Position numbers and translations under genes: made by a program. From assembly GCA_050287085.1 (NCBI GenBank), contig JBNKBE010000009.1:96001-160000 (forward strand): a DNA stretch of 64,000 bases, written 5' to 3'. Source of the stretch: Polyangiaceae bacterium (lineage in GTDB: Bacteria; Myxococcota_A; Polyangia; Polyangiales; Polyangiaceae). This document shows positions 28,510-37,524 of the stretch, one piece after another. Positions within the stretch are counted from its first letter, which is position 1. Each line of letters opens with the position of its first letter. Below the pieces are notes generated by a model. That model was not told the origin of the DNA, searched no databases, and saw only the letters and a program-made list of their open reading frames with translations.

Positions 28510-31185
28510 CTACGGAAGGGTTAGCGTGAGCGGGAGCGGCGCCTCTTGCCCGTGCCTTTGGACGAGGACTCCGAGCTGCCGGCCACTTTTTAGCGCAAAG
28601 TGTCCCAGCTCGAAGTCGAACGTCGTCGGATCGGCGATCGGTCGCCCATCGAGTGCGACAACGCGGTCACCCGCGCGCAGCCCCGCCAGCGCGGCTGGCG
28701 AGTTGGCTAGCACCTGAGCGATCTGCGCGCCTGGCTCCAGCCCGAGCGCATAGTCAAAGACAGCCCCCAACATATTCCCCCGCACTGCAAAGTCCCCTGG
28801 AGGTAGCGCGGGGGCATCGCTGTCAAAGCGCGGGGCCGCTTCTGTCGCTAAGCGCCCTACCAGCTCGAGCGCAAGCTGGACCACGCGGGCGGCGCCGCCG
28901 GTATTCAACCAAGTGCCCGCACCCGCCGAGGGGTGCAGCTGCTGGCGAAGCTGCGGGGGAGAACCCGTGAAGACGTGCAGCGCTGGCACGCCGCGACGGA
29001 CGAAGGGCAGGAAGTCACTCACGTCCAGCGCCGCACGATTGTCCAGACAGTGCAGCCGCACCGTTCGACACGCCTCTTGGACCACACGCCGCAGTTGATT
29101 CGACGTCTCTAAACCGGAGATCAGAAGCTCCGCATCGTGCATTCGTCCCACATGGTCGAAGTCCAACATGACAGCCGGAAGCGTTTCCATGCGACGGGCC
29201 AGCGCGTTCGAGCCAAGTAGCCCCCCGCTCTCGCCGTTGACCACGGCAAGAACGATGTCGCGAGGCCGGCTGGGTTCCTGCGCGAGTTGTCTTGCCACTT
29301 CGAGCAGTAGGGCGAGCCCCGAAAGACCGTCGTCCTCCGCGGAAGCCACACGCGCTTCCCCCGGCGGCACGACCACCGCGTGCCCGAGGCGAGCCCCCAG
29401 CAGCAACGGTGCCTTGTGGGCACTCCCGGTGCGAGGCAACAGCGCCACCAGGTTATCGCCCTCCGGCGGGCGCCGCAGACCCCGCACGTCGATTTCAGCG
29501 ATGGCCAGCTTGCCTTGCGCAAGTCGGTCGCGTGCGACCAGGAGAGTCTCCCTGCGCACGGCAATCGCCATGAGCGGCAGCGGAATGGCCGATTGCATCG
29601 CAGACGAAGGCAATGAGGCCTCCCTGCTCCCGCTGTCGGCTTCGTCAAAGAACACCACCGCGCGTGCACCGGCGCGGTAAGCTAGCTCCGCCTTGGCTCG
29701 CAGATCGCTCAGTCGCCGCACCTCGGCTAGGTCAGCCGAGGCGAGCTCTGGGGGCAGGAAGCGGCGCACGAGTGCGATCCTGTCTCTCAGATCCTTGCCC
29801 GCGAAGTCGTCGCGCCCCAGTTCGGGGCGCGAGATGCCATAGCCTGCGTCTACCAGAGGAGCACGCACCACACCTTCCGAAGAAAACGGGAGTGCGGCTA
29901 CGTCCGCGGCCCGCTGCGCCATTCCGACAAAGCGCACACCGGATGCCACCGGATGAACGCCTCCGCCCTCTTCGATTGATTGGTGGTAGGGGCCAACCCT
30001 AGCGTCCCCATTGGGAGGACAGGGGGCCTGAGTACAACGCTGAGCCCATGACCGCAGACCGAGAGCGACAAAACGTTGCTCGACATATGCTGCGACCGCA
30101 TCACGACCGCCACCCTGGACGTCACCACCAGATCCGCCTGCCTCCCTTAGCGCAACAACGTCGGCGGCGATGCGACTCGCCGGATCGTTGCCGCTTGGCT
30201 TCGGCCTCCACGGCACGACGTAGACGTCACCCCGCGCCCCGTTTCCGGAGACGAACGCGAGACTTCCGCCGTCCGGGCTCACGGCAGGAGACCACGCGCT
30301 GCGGTGCGCGCCGGATGAAACGCGCGCTAGGCCCGAACCGTCAGCGCGAATCACTCGCAAGTCGGACCTGACGCCGAGCTCATCGCGGTGGACTCCAAAC
30401 ACGATCAGGTCTCCGCTCGGATCGAATGTTGGGTACGAGCTCCAAGCTCCGAGAAACGTCAGTTGACGCCTTTGGCCTCCGTATCCGTCTGCAACAAAGA
30501 GCTCCTGACTCTGTTTCGAATCGGTGGCCGCGACGGTAGTCCCAACCCATACCAGTCGCTCACACTTCGGACCAAAGCGTGCCTGGCCGTCGTAGCCCGG
30601 TCGCTCCGTCAGTCGAAGCAAGTTGCCGGACTGCGGCCAGTAACGATAGAGCTCCGGATCTCCGCTTCGGCTAGAGGTAAATACGATGCTGCCATCCAGC
30701 GGACAGCTTGTAGGCTCACCATCAAACCCGCGCTCGTCAGCCAGAAGCGGGTGCAGTCGAGGTCCAGAAGGCTCTGTTGCCTGTCCCGCTTCCGATGTTC
30801 GATACACGAATAGGGAGCTCTCAAACGAGGGCGGAACTATCCCTGGCGCAAGAGGCAAAGGACACCCTTCGGCCGGCGAAGACAACACCCACCCGGACTT
30901 CCACGGCTGGATTCCCGACGCGCCGAATGCGCTCTGCCAACGAGTTCGTCCGTCGGACCCCGAGACCACGGCGTAGGGGCAAGCGCCCAGAGGGTGCTGC
31001 TCGACGAGCAAGACGCCAGGCGCCGGCCAGCTCACGCGCGTCGCCGAGCCTGTCGATGTTGTCGCCGCTGGTCCTTGTGCCAGCTCCAGGGTCGAAACAC
31101 AGCCCAAGAGCCAGGCTGCGAAAGCGCCGCTCAAGACTCCGATCCTGCAGCGATAACGCACTAGCCGTGCCAATCGTCCACTCAA
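28510..31185 (-). CDS. TolB/PD40 propeller + PA + M28-like (degenerate) + PDZ lipoprotein
   Basis: Lipobox LLGC; PD40 motifs IVFTSSRSGDPELY, GYDG, SPDG; PA domain GYGI...DD....D; M28 fold; PDZ motif SPAALAGLRAGD. Confidence 0.82.
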   Translation of the reverse strand: MSGRLARLVRYRCRIGVLSGAFAAWLLGCVSTLELAQGPAATTSTGSATRVSWPAPGVLLVEQHPLGACPYAVVSGSDGRTRWQSAFGASGIQPWKSGWVLSSPAEGCPLPLAPGIVPPSFESSLFVYRTSEAGQATEPSGPRLHPLLADERGFDGEPTSCPLDGSIVFTSSRSGDPELYRYWPQSGNLLRLTERPGYDGQARFGPKCERLVWVGTTVAATDSKQSQELFVADGYGGQRRQLTFLGAWSSYPTFDPSGDLIVFGVHRDELGVRSDLRVIRADGSGLARVSSGAHRSAWSPAVSPDGGSLAFVSGNGARGDVYVVPWRPKPSGNDPASRIAADVVALREAGGSGGDVQGGGRDAVAAYVEQRFVALGLRSWAQRCTQAPCPPNGDARVGPYHQSIEEGGGVHPVASGVRFVGMAQRAADVAALPFSSEGVVRAPLVDAGYGISRPELGRDDFAGKDLRDRIALVRRFLPPELASADLAEVRRLSDLRAKAELAYRAGARAVVFFDEADSGSREASLPSSAMQSAIPLPLMAIAVRRETLLVARDRLAQGKLAIAEIDVRGLRRPPEGDNLVALLPRTGSAHKAPLLLGARLGHAVVVPPGEARVASAEDDGLSGLALLLEVARQLAQEPSRPRDIVLAVVNGESGGLLGSNALARRMETLPAVMLDFDHVGRMHDAELLISGLETSNQLRRVVQEACRTVRLHCLDNRAALDVSDFLPFVRRGVPALHVFTGSPPQLRQQLHPSAGAGTWLNTGGAARVVQLALELVGRLATEAAPRFDSDAPALPPGDFAVRGNMLGAVFDYALGLEPGAQIAQVLANSPAALAGLRAGDRVVALDGRPIADPTTFDFELGHFALKSGRQLGVLVQRHGQEAPLPLTLTLP

Positions 31186-31958
31186 CGCAAACCGCGGATG
31201 AATTCGAGCGCACCTTCCACGCCCGTTTCGTCCAATTTCCGGAGCGTCTGCGAGCCAATCACCGCAATATCCACTTTGCCGCGCAGGAACTCCACGTCAT
31301 CGCGCCCCTTGACGCCGAATCCGAGCGCTAGCGGTAGGTCCGTAGCTTGTCGGGCGCGCGCCAGGTACGCTTCCAGATCGTGTGTAAAATGTGTATCAGC
31401 TCCGGTCACGCCCTTGCGTGCTACGCAGTAGATGAAGCCGCCCCCATATTCAGCGATCCGCCTTAGACGCTCCGCTGGCGTCGACGGCGCAAAGATAAAG
31501 ATCGGAGCGACCCCGGTGCTCGAACAGGCCCTCAGATACTCTTCGGCCTCTTCCGGTGGCAAGTCGGGCACAATGCACCCCTGGATCCCTATCGCCTGCG
31601 CCCGTTCGACAAAGCGCCCCACGCCATGACGGACTAGGATGTTGTAGTAGGTCATGAACAGGAAGGGGATGTCGAAACGCTGGGCCACGGCCTCCGCAAA
31701 CTCGAAGCACCGGTCCACCGTGGCCCCTTGCGCAAGCGATTGCTGATTGGCGTGAAGAATGACCGGGCCGTCCGCCATTGGATCCGAGAATGGGATCTGA
31801 AGCTCCATCAGGTCCACGCCGGCATCAACCATGCCTTCGATCAAGCGATAGCCCGAATCAAAGTCCGGATACCCGATGACAAGATGCGTCATCAACAGGA
31901 TTTCCTTCTCCGTTCGCTGGCGCCGCAGCCTGTCGCTGAGGATATGGCTCTGCTCCAC
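31182..31958 (-). CDS. trpA: Tryptophan synthase alpha chain
   Basis: MTHLVIGYP, ELQIPFSDPMADGPVI, MTYYN, VPDLPPEE, GVTG, GFG, IGS. Start probably GTG 31958. Confidence 0.95.
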   Translation of the reverse strand: MEQSHILSDRLRRQRTEKEILLMTHLVIGYPDFDSGYRLIEGMVDAGVDLMELQIPFSDPMADGPVILHANQQSLAQGATVDRCFEFAEAVAQRFDIPFLFMTYYNILVRHGVGRFVERAQAIGIQGCIVPDLPPEEAEEYLRACSSTGVAPIFIFAPSTPAERLRRIAEYGGGFIYCVARKGVTGADTHFTHDLEAYLARARQATDLPLALGFGVKGRDDVEFLRGKVDIAVIGSQTLRKLDETGVEGALEFIRGLR

Positions 31959-31962
31959 AGGT

Positions 31963-33288
31963 CTAGGACTTTGCACGATACGCCTCCGCCTTCTGCTGGA
32001 TGAATGCTTCCCATTTAGGATCCGTGAATGCGTCAGCCACGGTAAAAATGTCTTTGTCGCCACGACCACTTTGATTGATCAGCACCACGGCATCCTCCGG
32101 AAGAGTTGGTATTTCCTTGAAGGCCTGCGCGAAAGCGTGACTTGACTCCAGCGCCGGGATCAACCCCTCCTTGCGAATCGCAAGTTGCAACGCTGCAACC
32201 ACCTCGGCATCTGTTGCGGCTTCAAAGCGAACACGACCGTTGTCGTGGTAGTGCGCAAGAATGGGTGATACGCCCACGTAGTCCAGCCCAGCAGCTACGG
32301 AATGTGTCTCCCGCATCTGGCCATCTTTGTCTTGCAAGAAGAATGTCTTGTAGCCTTGCGCCACTCCGACGGAAGCGTCTGGACTGGCGAGACGCGCCGC
32401 ATGGCGCCGCGTCTGCAGCCCTTCTCCGCCCGCCTCCACACCGATAAGTTCAACTGCAGCGTCGTCGAGAAAGCCTGAAAACACGCCCATGGCATTGGAG
32501 CCTCCCCCGACGCAGGCGTAGACGTGAGACGGCATGCGGCCCGCAGCCGCAGCAACCTGCTCCCGAGCCTCGCGCCCGATGAGCGACTGGAAGTAGGTGA
32601 CCATTTCAGGAAAGGGATGAGGTCCACACGCCGTCCCCAACACGTAGTGGGTCGTGTCCATGTTGGTCACCCAATCTCGAAATGCCTCGTTGATCGCGTC
32701 TTTGAGCGTACGGGTGCCTTCCTCGACAGCCACAACTTCCGCACCCAGGCGCTCCATCCAGAAAACGTTTGGCCTTTGACGAGCAACGTCGACCGCGCCC
32801 ATGTAGATGGTGCAATCGAAACCGAACTTTGCCGCCATGGTCGCGGTAGCCACGCCATGTTGTCCTGCCCCTGTTTCTGCGATAACGCGAGTCTTGCCCA
32901 TGCGTCGGACAAGGAGCCCCTGCCCCATGACGTTGTTGGCCTTATGGGCTCCAGTGTGGTTCAGATCTTCTCGCTTGATATAGATGCGCGGCCCCGGCAG
33001 TGGTCGACTCTGATTCTCTCGCGCCTCGGGGTCGAGACCGTGCCGAAGACAAGCAAAGTGCTGACTCAATCGATCCGCATAGGTCAGAGGCGTAGGTCGA
33101 CACGAGTAGCTGCTCATGAGCGCCTCATACTCAGCGTAGAAACCCGGATCCGCTTTGGCCTCCTCGAAGGCATGATTCAGCTCCTCAAACGTGGCAACCA
33201 ATACCTCTGGAATGAATGCCCCTCCATACTTGGAGTAGTAGCCGCGTTCATCAGCAGCTGGCGCTGACCTTGCCTTTATCTTCGTCAC
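31963..33288 (-). CDS. trpB: Tryptophan synthase beta chain
   Basis: KREDLNHTGAHK (PLP Lys), AETGAGQHG, GGGSNA, AGLDY, ALESSH, SGRGDKD. Confidence 0.97.
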   Translation of the reverse strand: MTKIKARSAPAADERGYYSKYGGAFIPEVLVATFEELNHAFEEAKADPGFYAEYEALMSSYSCRPTPLTYADRLSQHFACLRHGLDPEARENQSRPLPGPRIYIKREDLNHTGAHKANNVMGQGLLVRRMGKTRVIAETGAGQHGVATATMAAKFGFDCTIYMGAVDVARQRPNVFWMERLGAEVVAVEEGTRTLKDAINEAFRDWVTNMDTTHYVLGTACGPHPFPEMVTYFQSLIGREAREQVAAAAGRMPSHVYACVGGGSNAMGVFSGFLDDAAVELIGVEAGGEGLQTRRHAARLASPDASVGVAQGYKTFFLQDKDGQMRETHSVAAGLDYVGVSPILAHYHDNGRVRFEAATDAEVVAALQLAIRKEGLIPALESSHAFAQAFKEIPTLPEDAVVLINQSGRGDKDIFTVADAFTDPKWEAFIQQKAEAYRAKS

Positions 33289-34043
33289 GATGTCATCCTT
33301 CCTAACGTCTGAGAAAACGCGTATTGATCGGTACGGCAGAACAGTCCAACTCGAACCCCTACCGCAATGTCGCCAAACTCAAGCTGGCGCTGGACCGCCA
33401 AGATCGGGAAAGTCGGCGCTACTCGCAACCACCGAGCGCGTTCACCGTCGACGGTGGTAACGATGAAGGTCTGGCGCGCCCCTGTCGGTTCGAGAAAGTA
33501 CTCTTCTTTGGCTATTCTGGCAAGCGATAGACGCTCGAGTTCGAAGCGGTCGAACTCCGGGAACAGCAGCGCATCCAACTCGAACTCCTCGAGCAATAGC
33601 GGCTTGCCGGCAAGTAGACTGAGCCGAGTAAACGAGTAGCTCGGCCGCTCCGCGCTCTCGACCGTGTCCGCCTGACCGCTCTCGCTAGCACGCGAGCTAG
33701 CACACCATTCAACGGGCTTGACGATGCGAGTCCGCAGTTCGACGCCGCTCTCATTCAAGGCGGCCGTCGTCCCCGATAGCGAAAACAAATCCACCGCGCG
33801 TGGCCTCGCCCGCACAAAAGTACCGGAGCCGCGGCGGCGCTCGATCAAGCCCCGACGGACCAGAACATCTGTGGCGTGACGCACCGTAGGGCGACCGATA
33901 TCCAGACGCCGAGCCATCGCCGGCTCACTCGGCAATCGCTCACCGGCGGCATATACGCCCGTCTCAATAGCGCGAGCCAACTGCTCGGCTAGCTGCTGAT
34001 ACAAGGGCACTGGGCTCCGGCTGTTGAGACGCAGGGATGGCAC
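33285..34043 (-). CDS. GntR-family regulator, HutC/UTRA subfamily
   Basis: PLYQQL, GERLPSE, GRPTVR, RRGSGTFV winged helix plus UTRA C-terminal domain. Its stop overlaps the trpB GTG start. Confidence 0.92.
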   Translation of the reverse strand: MPSLRLNSRSPVPLYQQLAEQLARAIETGVYAAGERLPSEPAMARRLDIGRPTVRHATDVLVRRGLIERRRGSGTFVRARPRAVDLFSLSGTTAALNESGVELRTRIVKPVEWCASSRASESGQADTVESAERPSYSFTRLSLLAGKPLLLEEFELDALLFPEFDRFELERLSLARIAKEEYFLEPTGARQTFIVTTVDGERARWLRVAPTFPILAVQRQLEFGDIAVGVRVGLFCRTDQYAFSQTLGRMTS

Positions 34044-34066
34044 GCGAACTGTAGGTTAGGTGCGCC

Positions 34067-34102
34067 ATAGTAAGTTGTAAAGTTGTCTTTACAACTTACT
34101 AT
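34067..34102. promoter_or_regulatory. Perfect 16-bp inverted repeat, probable GntR operator
   Basis: ATAGTAAGTTGTAAAG-TTGT-CTTTACAACTTACTAT, an AT-rich island about 24 bp upstream of gntR. It includes the nested palindrome AAGTTGT-CTTT-ACAACTT. Confidence 0.8.
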
Positions 34103-34200
34103 CACCCTCCGGAGCAGGGCACACCGGCAATGGCCACATTCACTCGACCCGGGGTGATGCCACGTTGCGTGGCCGCGCCCTGGGCGTGAATATCGAGCGC

Positions 34201-34536
34201 ATGAACTCAGCGATTCGGTTGCTCTACAGCACCTTTGAAAATGCAGAAACGGCCCGAGGCGTCGCCCACCGGTTGCTCGAGGAGCGCTGCATCGCCTGCG
34301 CCAACGTGTTCCCCGGAGTGCAGAGCGTGTTCCGCTGGGAAGGAGCGATCCGTGTCACGGAAGAGGCCGTGCTTATCGCGAAGACCACGCAGGAACGGGT
34401 CCCGCAAGCGCTCGAACGTCTTCGAGCGCTTCACCCCTACGACTGTCCATGTGTGGTAGCGCTGGACGTCACCACGGGGCACGCTCCCTTTCTGCAATGG
34501 GTTGCCGGGGAGGTCCTCCCTACGAAAGAAGACTAG
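34201..34536 (+). CDS. cutA: CutA divalent-cation tolerance protein
   Basis: LLEERCIACAN, SVFRWEG, E...IAKT, HPYDCP. Confidence 0.92.
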   Translation: MNSAIRLLYSTFENAETARGVAHRLLEERCIACANVFPGVQSVFRWEGAIRVTEEAVLIAKTTQERVPQALERLRALHPYDCPCVVALDVTTGHAPFLQWVAGEVLPTKED

Positions 34537-34685
34537 TAGGGGTCCGCGGCTGGAAAAGTCAGCTGCAACGAGTCCGCCCGCCACAGCAAGAGCATCGGCC
34601 GGCTAATATGGCTTTCCCATGCGCGAGCTCTGAGCCTTTTGCCCTGGCCGAACGCCCCCGCCGACCGCTATCGTGTGCTTCGCTA

Positions 34686-35402
34686 ATGCCCATCCTGCTC
34701 AAGCGCGCGCGGGTGCAAGCCTTGCTCACCCTCCTAGGTGTGCTTTTTGGCGGGTGGTTATGCTGGAGCACCCTGCTTCTTCCTCGCCTGCCCGCCCTCC
34801 ACGGCTGGGCTCATGTGCTGCAATCCATCGGCGTTCGACTGCTGCTCTGGGTCGTCCCTGCGGCCGTCTACCTATGGCGTACCCAACGTCCGTCACCGCT
34901 TGCTCCTCTCCGACTAAGCCTGCCGCGATCCACACACGAATGGTCGTCCGCGCTGGTGCTCGTCGCGCTGGCCGCCTATTTCGTTAGCCTCGACGTCGCG
35001 CATAAGCTCAACGTCGCAGCTCCGCACGTGTGGGTGGCTGCGCTGCGACGGGCCCCCGAGTCGTTCCCAGTGGCACCGTTATTCGAGGAATTGATCTTCC
35101 GTGGGGTGATATTCGCCGAACTTCTGAGCTTGCTTGGGGTTAACCGTCACATAAGGCGTGACGACCTGCGCGCTCGCGGCCGCGTTTGGCTCGCAAACCT
35201 GGCGCAGAGCCTCGTCTTCGTGGGATTGCATTGGCCGTGGTGGATCTTGGCCGATGGTATCGGTGCAAGCTTCTTTCAGAAGAGCGGCGGCGTCTTCTTG
35301 CTCAGTCTCGTTCTCGGCATGGTCTTCGTGCGCGGTCGGTCCTTGTGGCCCTGCATCTTGTTGCATTGGATGAACAACCTGCTGTCGTCGCTCACCGGGT
35401 GA
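34686..35402 (+). CDS. CPBP (CAAX/Abi) intramembrane protease
   Basis: APLFEELIFRG, FVGLH, LLHWMNN. Confidence 0.88.
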   Translation: MPILLKRARVQALLTLLGVLFGGWLCWSTLLLPRLPALHGWAHVLQSIGVRLLLWVVPAAVYLWRTQRPSPLAPLRLSLPRSTHEWSSALVLVALAAYFVSLDVAHKLNVAAPHVWVAALRRAPESFPVAPLFEELIFRGVIFAELLSLLGVNRHIRRDDLRARGRVWLANLAQSLVFVGLHWPWWILADGIGASFFQKSGGVFLLSLVLGMVFVRGRSLWPCILLHWMNNLLSSLTG

Positions 35403-35454
35403 CGTCCCCAGGCTGGGCTCGCCGAGCGGCTAGTCTGGGCGGCCGTGACCGTGG

Positions 35455-37110
35455 TCAGCGACGAGAAGGAGCCACCCAATCGCGAGGCGTGCAGGCTTGC
35501 TCATCCGAGCCTGCGGAGCCCTGCCTCTCGACTTCAGTGCGACGAGACGCCATCGGGATGGTCACGAAGAAGGTCGTACCCTGACCGAGCGTAGACTCGA
35601 TGCGCAGTCGCCCGTCGACGGCGCGGACCGCGTCCTGCAGCGCTCCCGCGCCGACGCCACGGCCCGAGATGCTGGTCACCGTGTCCTTGGTCGATAGCCC
35701 CGGTAGGAAAAGCAGATTCAGACGCTGCTCAGGTGTGAGTTCAGCCGCCGCCTCCGAACTTATGAGTCCCTTTCTGACAGCGACACGCGCCAACTCGTCG
35801 GGGTCGATGCCCCGGCCATCGTCGGCCACACTCAACAACCAGGCGCCATCTTCCTCAGAACAACGGACTACGACTCTCCCGCGAACCGGCTTGTTTCCTC
35901 GTTCGGCAGGTGCCTCGATGCCATGATCGACTGCATTGCGGACAAGGTGGCCGATGTTGCGAAAGACGTCACCCGCTTGTTCTGGCTCAACAAGAATGGC
36001 ATCTGCCTGGAGCTCGAACTCGACGTCCTTCCCCATGCGCTGCGCAGTCCTCTCTGCCATTCCCTGAAGCGGAGCAAGAAGTGTTCGCGCCGATACCCAC
36101 TTGAGGCGCTCAGCGAAAGCGGATACTTCGGCCTTGCGTTGCGCGCCGGACTCCATCTCCGATAGTCGTTCCAGCAGCGGCAAGATTCGTCCCACAGGGA
36201 CTAAGCTGACGCCCCGAGCTTCCTGCGGATAGTCGATGCCCAACAGCGGCTTATGCACCGCGAGAAACTTCAGCAGCGCTTCTTCAACAGCATCGAGGTC
36301 TCGCGCACCGAGTGTGGGCGCGTCTTCCAACGCGTGCACCAAGGAGGCGATGTCGTGAAGACCGAAACACCCCAGGTTTCCCTTGGTGGTGTGAAGCAGG
36401 CTCCGAAGGCCCCGTTCCGACGGTTTGGTGCGTGCAGTCTTGAACGCGCCTTGCGTCTCGAACAGGAAGTTCTTGAAACTGTCGCGCTGGCGAAGAATCT
36501 CCAAGAGAGCGAGTCGCGTGGCGTTCTCGGCTTCCGCCTTGCGCAGTTCCGTGGTCTCGTCGATGCTGAAGAATAGCCGCGTTACTAGACCACTTGCATC
36601 TGTGATCGGCGAGCCCGTAATGCGAAAGCTACGCTTGCCAAGTGAGAACTCGGTCGGCAGCTGCGCCAGTGTCACTTCGACGGGCAGCAGGTCCTCGAAG
36701 ATCTGCTCGTAGCAAGACGAAAAATGTCCCGCGGCGCGCTCGTCGAGTTTCATCAGTTCGCAAAGCTTCACCCCTTCTAGGTCATCTCGACCGAAGATGG
36801 CGGCACAAGAACGCGAGTGGTTTCCCAACACAGACTGGTCGTCGAGCGCCAGAAGGAACCCACTACGTACGTTATCCAAGATCTCGTGCACTTCGTTGGT
36901 TCGGATATCAACGACCCGTTCCAACATTTCCTGCTTTGCTGACAGCTGAAACTCCTTCAGCCACAGCTGGTCCAGAAAGGCGTTCAGCGCATCAGCGACG
37001 CGCTTCCACGTGCCGCTGGCTTCGGCGAATACCAGACGCGGCTCGAGTCCGCCGTCCTCCACCAATTGCTCCAAAAAGGTCGCCAGTTCTTCTTCTTTCG
37101 TCGTCATCAC
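35455..37110 (-). CDS. Cytoplasmic CheA-like (class II) histidine kinase: HAMP-like / S-helix / PAS / Hpt / HATPase, without a CheW domain
   Basis: Hpt LHTTKG; HLVRNAVDHGIE; DDGRGID; FLPGLSTKD..SGRGVG; G.GTTF; no TM helix. Confidence 0.85.
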   Translation of the reverse strand: MMTTKEEELATFLEQLVEDGGLEPRLVFAEASGTWKRVADALNAFLDQLWLKEFQLSAKQEMLERVVDIRTNEVHEILDNVRSGFLLALDDQSVLGNHSRSCAAIFGRDDLEGVKLCELMKLDERAAGHFSSCYEQIFEDLLPVEVTLAQLPTEFSLGKRSFRITGSPITDASGLVTRLFFSIDETTELRKAEAENATRLALLEILRQRDSFKNFLFETQGAFKTARTKPSERGLRSLLHTTKGNLGCFGLHDIASLVHALEDAPTLGARDLDAVEEALLKFLAVHKPLLGIDYPQEARGVSLVPVGRILPLLERLSEMESGAQRKAEVSAFAERLKWVSARTLLAPLQGMAERTAQRMGKDVEFELQADAILVEPEQAGDVFRNIGHLVRNAVDHGIEAPAERGNKPVRGRVVVRCSEEDGAWLLSVADDGRGIDPDELARVAVRKGLISSEAAAELTPEQRLNLLFLPGLSTKDTVTSISGRGVGAGALQDAVRAVDGRLRIESTLGQGTTFFVTIPMASRRTEVERQGSAGSDEQACTPRDWVAPSRR

Positions 37111-37116
37111 TACACC

Positions 37117-37524
37117 TCAGGGGACGCGCTTCTCGATGAAGAGGGGGGCATACTTCTTGTCGGAGCCCAGAATGTGATTGATCAACCAATCCTTCAAGAA
37201 GCGCATCAAGGCCATGTTGATCATTGCCTCGCCCGCATCGAACTTCTTCTGAAATGCGACCACCTGCTCTTTGAGCTTTTCGTGCTCACGAATGTGAGCT
37301 GCAGCCAACGGAAACTCGAGCTGTGCGAATAGCTCTTCTTCATGGGCAAAGTGCTCTGCGGTGTAACTGACGAGCCCTCTCAAGATCTCTGACAGGTGCG
37401 CGTTGCCCTTTCCCTCTGCCATGGCGTCGTGCAAGTCGTTGAGCATCTCGACTAGCCTCTGGTGTTGAGCGTCGATAGATGGGACCTTGATCATGTAGTC
37501 TTCATTCCACACGAAAAGAGACAT
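37117..37524 (-). CDS. Single-domain bacteriohemerythrin
   Basis: IDAQH, HFAHEE, HIREH and WLINHILGSD give the complete di-iron ligand set; RBS AGGAG. Confidence 0.95.
   Translation of the reverse strand: MSLFVWNEDYMIKVPSIDAQHQRLVEMLNDLHDAMAEGKGNAHLSEILRGLVSYTAEHFAHEEELFAQLEFPLAAAHIREHEKLKEQVVAFQKKFDAGEAMINMALMRFLKDWLINHILGSDKKYAPLFIEKRVP

Noticed and set aside
34044..34200. Trp attenuator or leader peptide upstream of the trp genes
   Set aside because: No short Trp-codon ORF or terminator/antiterminator pair was seen.
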